This document shows, one piece after another, positions 62,270 to 64,000 of a stretch of DNA of 64,000 nt. The notes below the pieces were generated by a model, which saw only the letters and a list, made by a program, of their open reading frames with translations, was not told where the DNA came from and did no database searches. The position numbers and the translations under genes were made by a program. Position 1 is the stretch's first letter. The number at the start of each line of letters is the position of its first letter. Origin of the DNA: Macrostomum hystrix (taxonomy: Eukaryota; Animalia; Platyhelminthes); contig CATNEN010000001.1 in the NCBI GenBank assembly GCA_950097015.1, positions 6,448,001 through 6,512,000 on the forward strand, in the 5' to 3' direction.

Positions 62270-64000
62270 ATAGAGTTTGAATCATGGCTACACCAGAGTT
62301 TGAATCATGGCTAAACCAGAGTCTGAATCATGGCTAAACCAGAGTTTGAATCATGGCTAAACCAGAGTCTGAATCATGGCTAAACCAGAGTCTGAATCAT
62401 GGCTACACCAGAGTTTGAATCATGGCTAAACCAGAGTCTGAATCATGGCTAAACCAGAGTTTGAATCATGGCTAAACCAGAGTCTGAATCATGGCTAAAC
62501 CAGAGTTTGAATCATGGCTAAACCAGAGTCTGAATCATGGCTAAACCAGAGTCTGAATCGTAGCCAACTAGAGTTTGAATCATGGCCAACCAGAGTTTGA
62601 ATCTTGGCTAAACCAGAGTTTCAATCATGGCTAACCCAGCGTTTGAATCATGGCTAAACCAGAGTTTGAATCATGGCAAAAGCCGAGTTTTAATCATGGC
62701 TAAACAAGCGTCTGAATCATGGCTAAACCAGAGTTTCAATCATGGCTAAACCAGAGTTTCAGTCATGGCTAAACCAGCGTCTGAATCATGGCTAAACCAG
62801 AGTTTGAACCATGGCTAAACCAGAGTTTGAATCATGGCTAAACCAGAGTCTGAATCATGGCAAAACCAGAGTTTGAATCATGGCTAAACCAGAGTTTAAA
62901 TCATGGCTAAACCAGCGTCTGAATCATGGCTAAACCAGAGTTTCAATCATGGCTAAACCAGAGTTTCAATCATGGCTAAACCAGCGTCTGAATCATGGCT
63001 AAACCAGAGTTTGAATCATGGCTAAACCAGAGTTTAATCATGGCTAAACCAGCGTCTGAATCATGGCTAAACCAGAGTTTCAATCATGGCTAAACCAGAG
63101 TTTGAATCATGGCTAAACCAGAGTTTCAATCATGGCTAAACCAGCGTCTGAATCATGGCTAAACCAGCGTCTGAATCATGGCTAAACCAGAGTTTGAATC
63201 ATGGCTAAACCAGAGTTTGAATCATGGCTAAACCAGAGTTTGAATCATGGCTAAACCAGATCTTGAATCATGGCTAAACCAGAGTTTGAATCATGGCTAA
63301 ACCAGCGTCTGAATCATGGCTAAACCAGAGTTTCAGTCATGGCTAAACCAGCGTCTGAATCATGGCTAAACCAGAGTTTGAACCATGGCTAAACCAGAGT
63401 TTGAATCATGGCTAAACCAGAGTCTGAATCATGGCAAAACCAGAGTTTGAATCATGGCTAAACCAGAGTTTAAATCATGGCTAAACCAGCGTCTGAATCA
63501 TGGCTAAACCAGAGTTTCAATCATGGCTAAACCAGAGTTTCAATCATGGCTAAACCAGCGTCTGAATCATGGCTAAACCAGAGTTTGAATCATGGCTAAA
63601 CCAGAGTTTAATCATGGCTAAACCAGCGTCTGAATCATGGCTAAACCAGAGTTTCAATCATGGCTAAACCAGAGTTTGAATCATGGCTAAACCAGAGTTT
63701 CAATCATGGCTAAACCAGCGTCTGAATTATGGCTAAACCAGCGTCTGAATCATGGCTAAACCAGAGTTTGAATCATGGCTAAACCAGAGTTTGAATCATG
63801 GCTAAACCAGAGTTTGAATCATGGCTAAACCAGATCTTGAATCATGGCTAAACCAGAGTTTGAATCATGGCTAAACCAGCGTCTGAATCATGGCAAAACC
63901 AGAGTTTCAATCATGGCTAAACCAGCGTCTGAATCATGGCTAAACCAGCGTCTGAATCATGGCTAAACCAGCGTCTGAATCATGGCTAAACCAGAGTTTC
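62270..64000. repeat. 23-bp satellite (gaatcatggctaaaccagagttt) with 574-bp higher-order repeat; runs off the window
   Basis: Variant units recur at a 574-bp offset (agtcat 62761/63335; gaacc 62806/63380). Confidence 0.97.

Noticed and set aside
10158-64000. CRISPR-like appearance of 19-32-bp arrays
   Set aside because: Units are directly tandem with no unique spacers, there are no cas genes, and the context is eukaryotic.

Overview
Eukaryotic (metazoan) genomic DNA with short GT-AG introns, GC-rich exons, many minisatellites and SINE/MITE/Helitron insertions. The style resembles a free-living flatworm such as Macrostomum, which is an inference only. Exon chains were built by hand and checked for phase. 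They give: (1) a minus-strand type-I membrane mucin with Gly-rich and Thr-rich repeat domains (5726 to 84, continuing off the window); (2) a 7-exon coiled-coil protein gene (11832-7522, minus); (3) a ZNF106/Zfp106 homologue (16617-24474, plus) with a nested antisense single-pass membrane protein gene; (4) two intronless FkbM-family methyltransferases with about 99% identical catalytic regions, flanking a small 2-TM gene; (5) NF-YA with an intronless CDS; (6) the 3' part of a giant, highly divergent dynein heavy chain-like gene (60316-39415, minus). The main observations are as follows. A tRNA-derived SINE inserted into a dynein coding exon with a 14-bp TSD and appears to form a new in-frame spliceosomal intron, with the donor in the SINE head and the acceptor in the TSD. 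The dynein has lost the AAA1 catalytic residues but keeps its stalk and MTBD, and probably carries a ~1000-aa acidic repeat tail. Sharply bounded CpG-depleted zones lie just upstream of the ZNF106 and NF-YA coding starts, and a nested young/old MITE pair provides an internal control for CpG decay.
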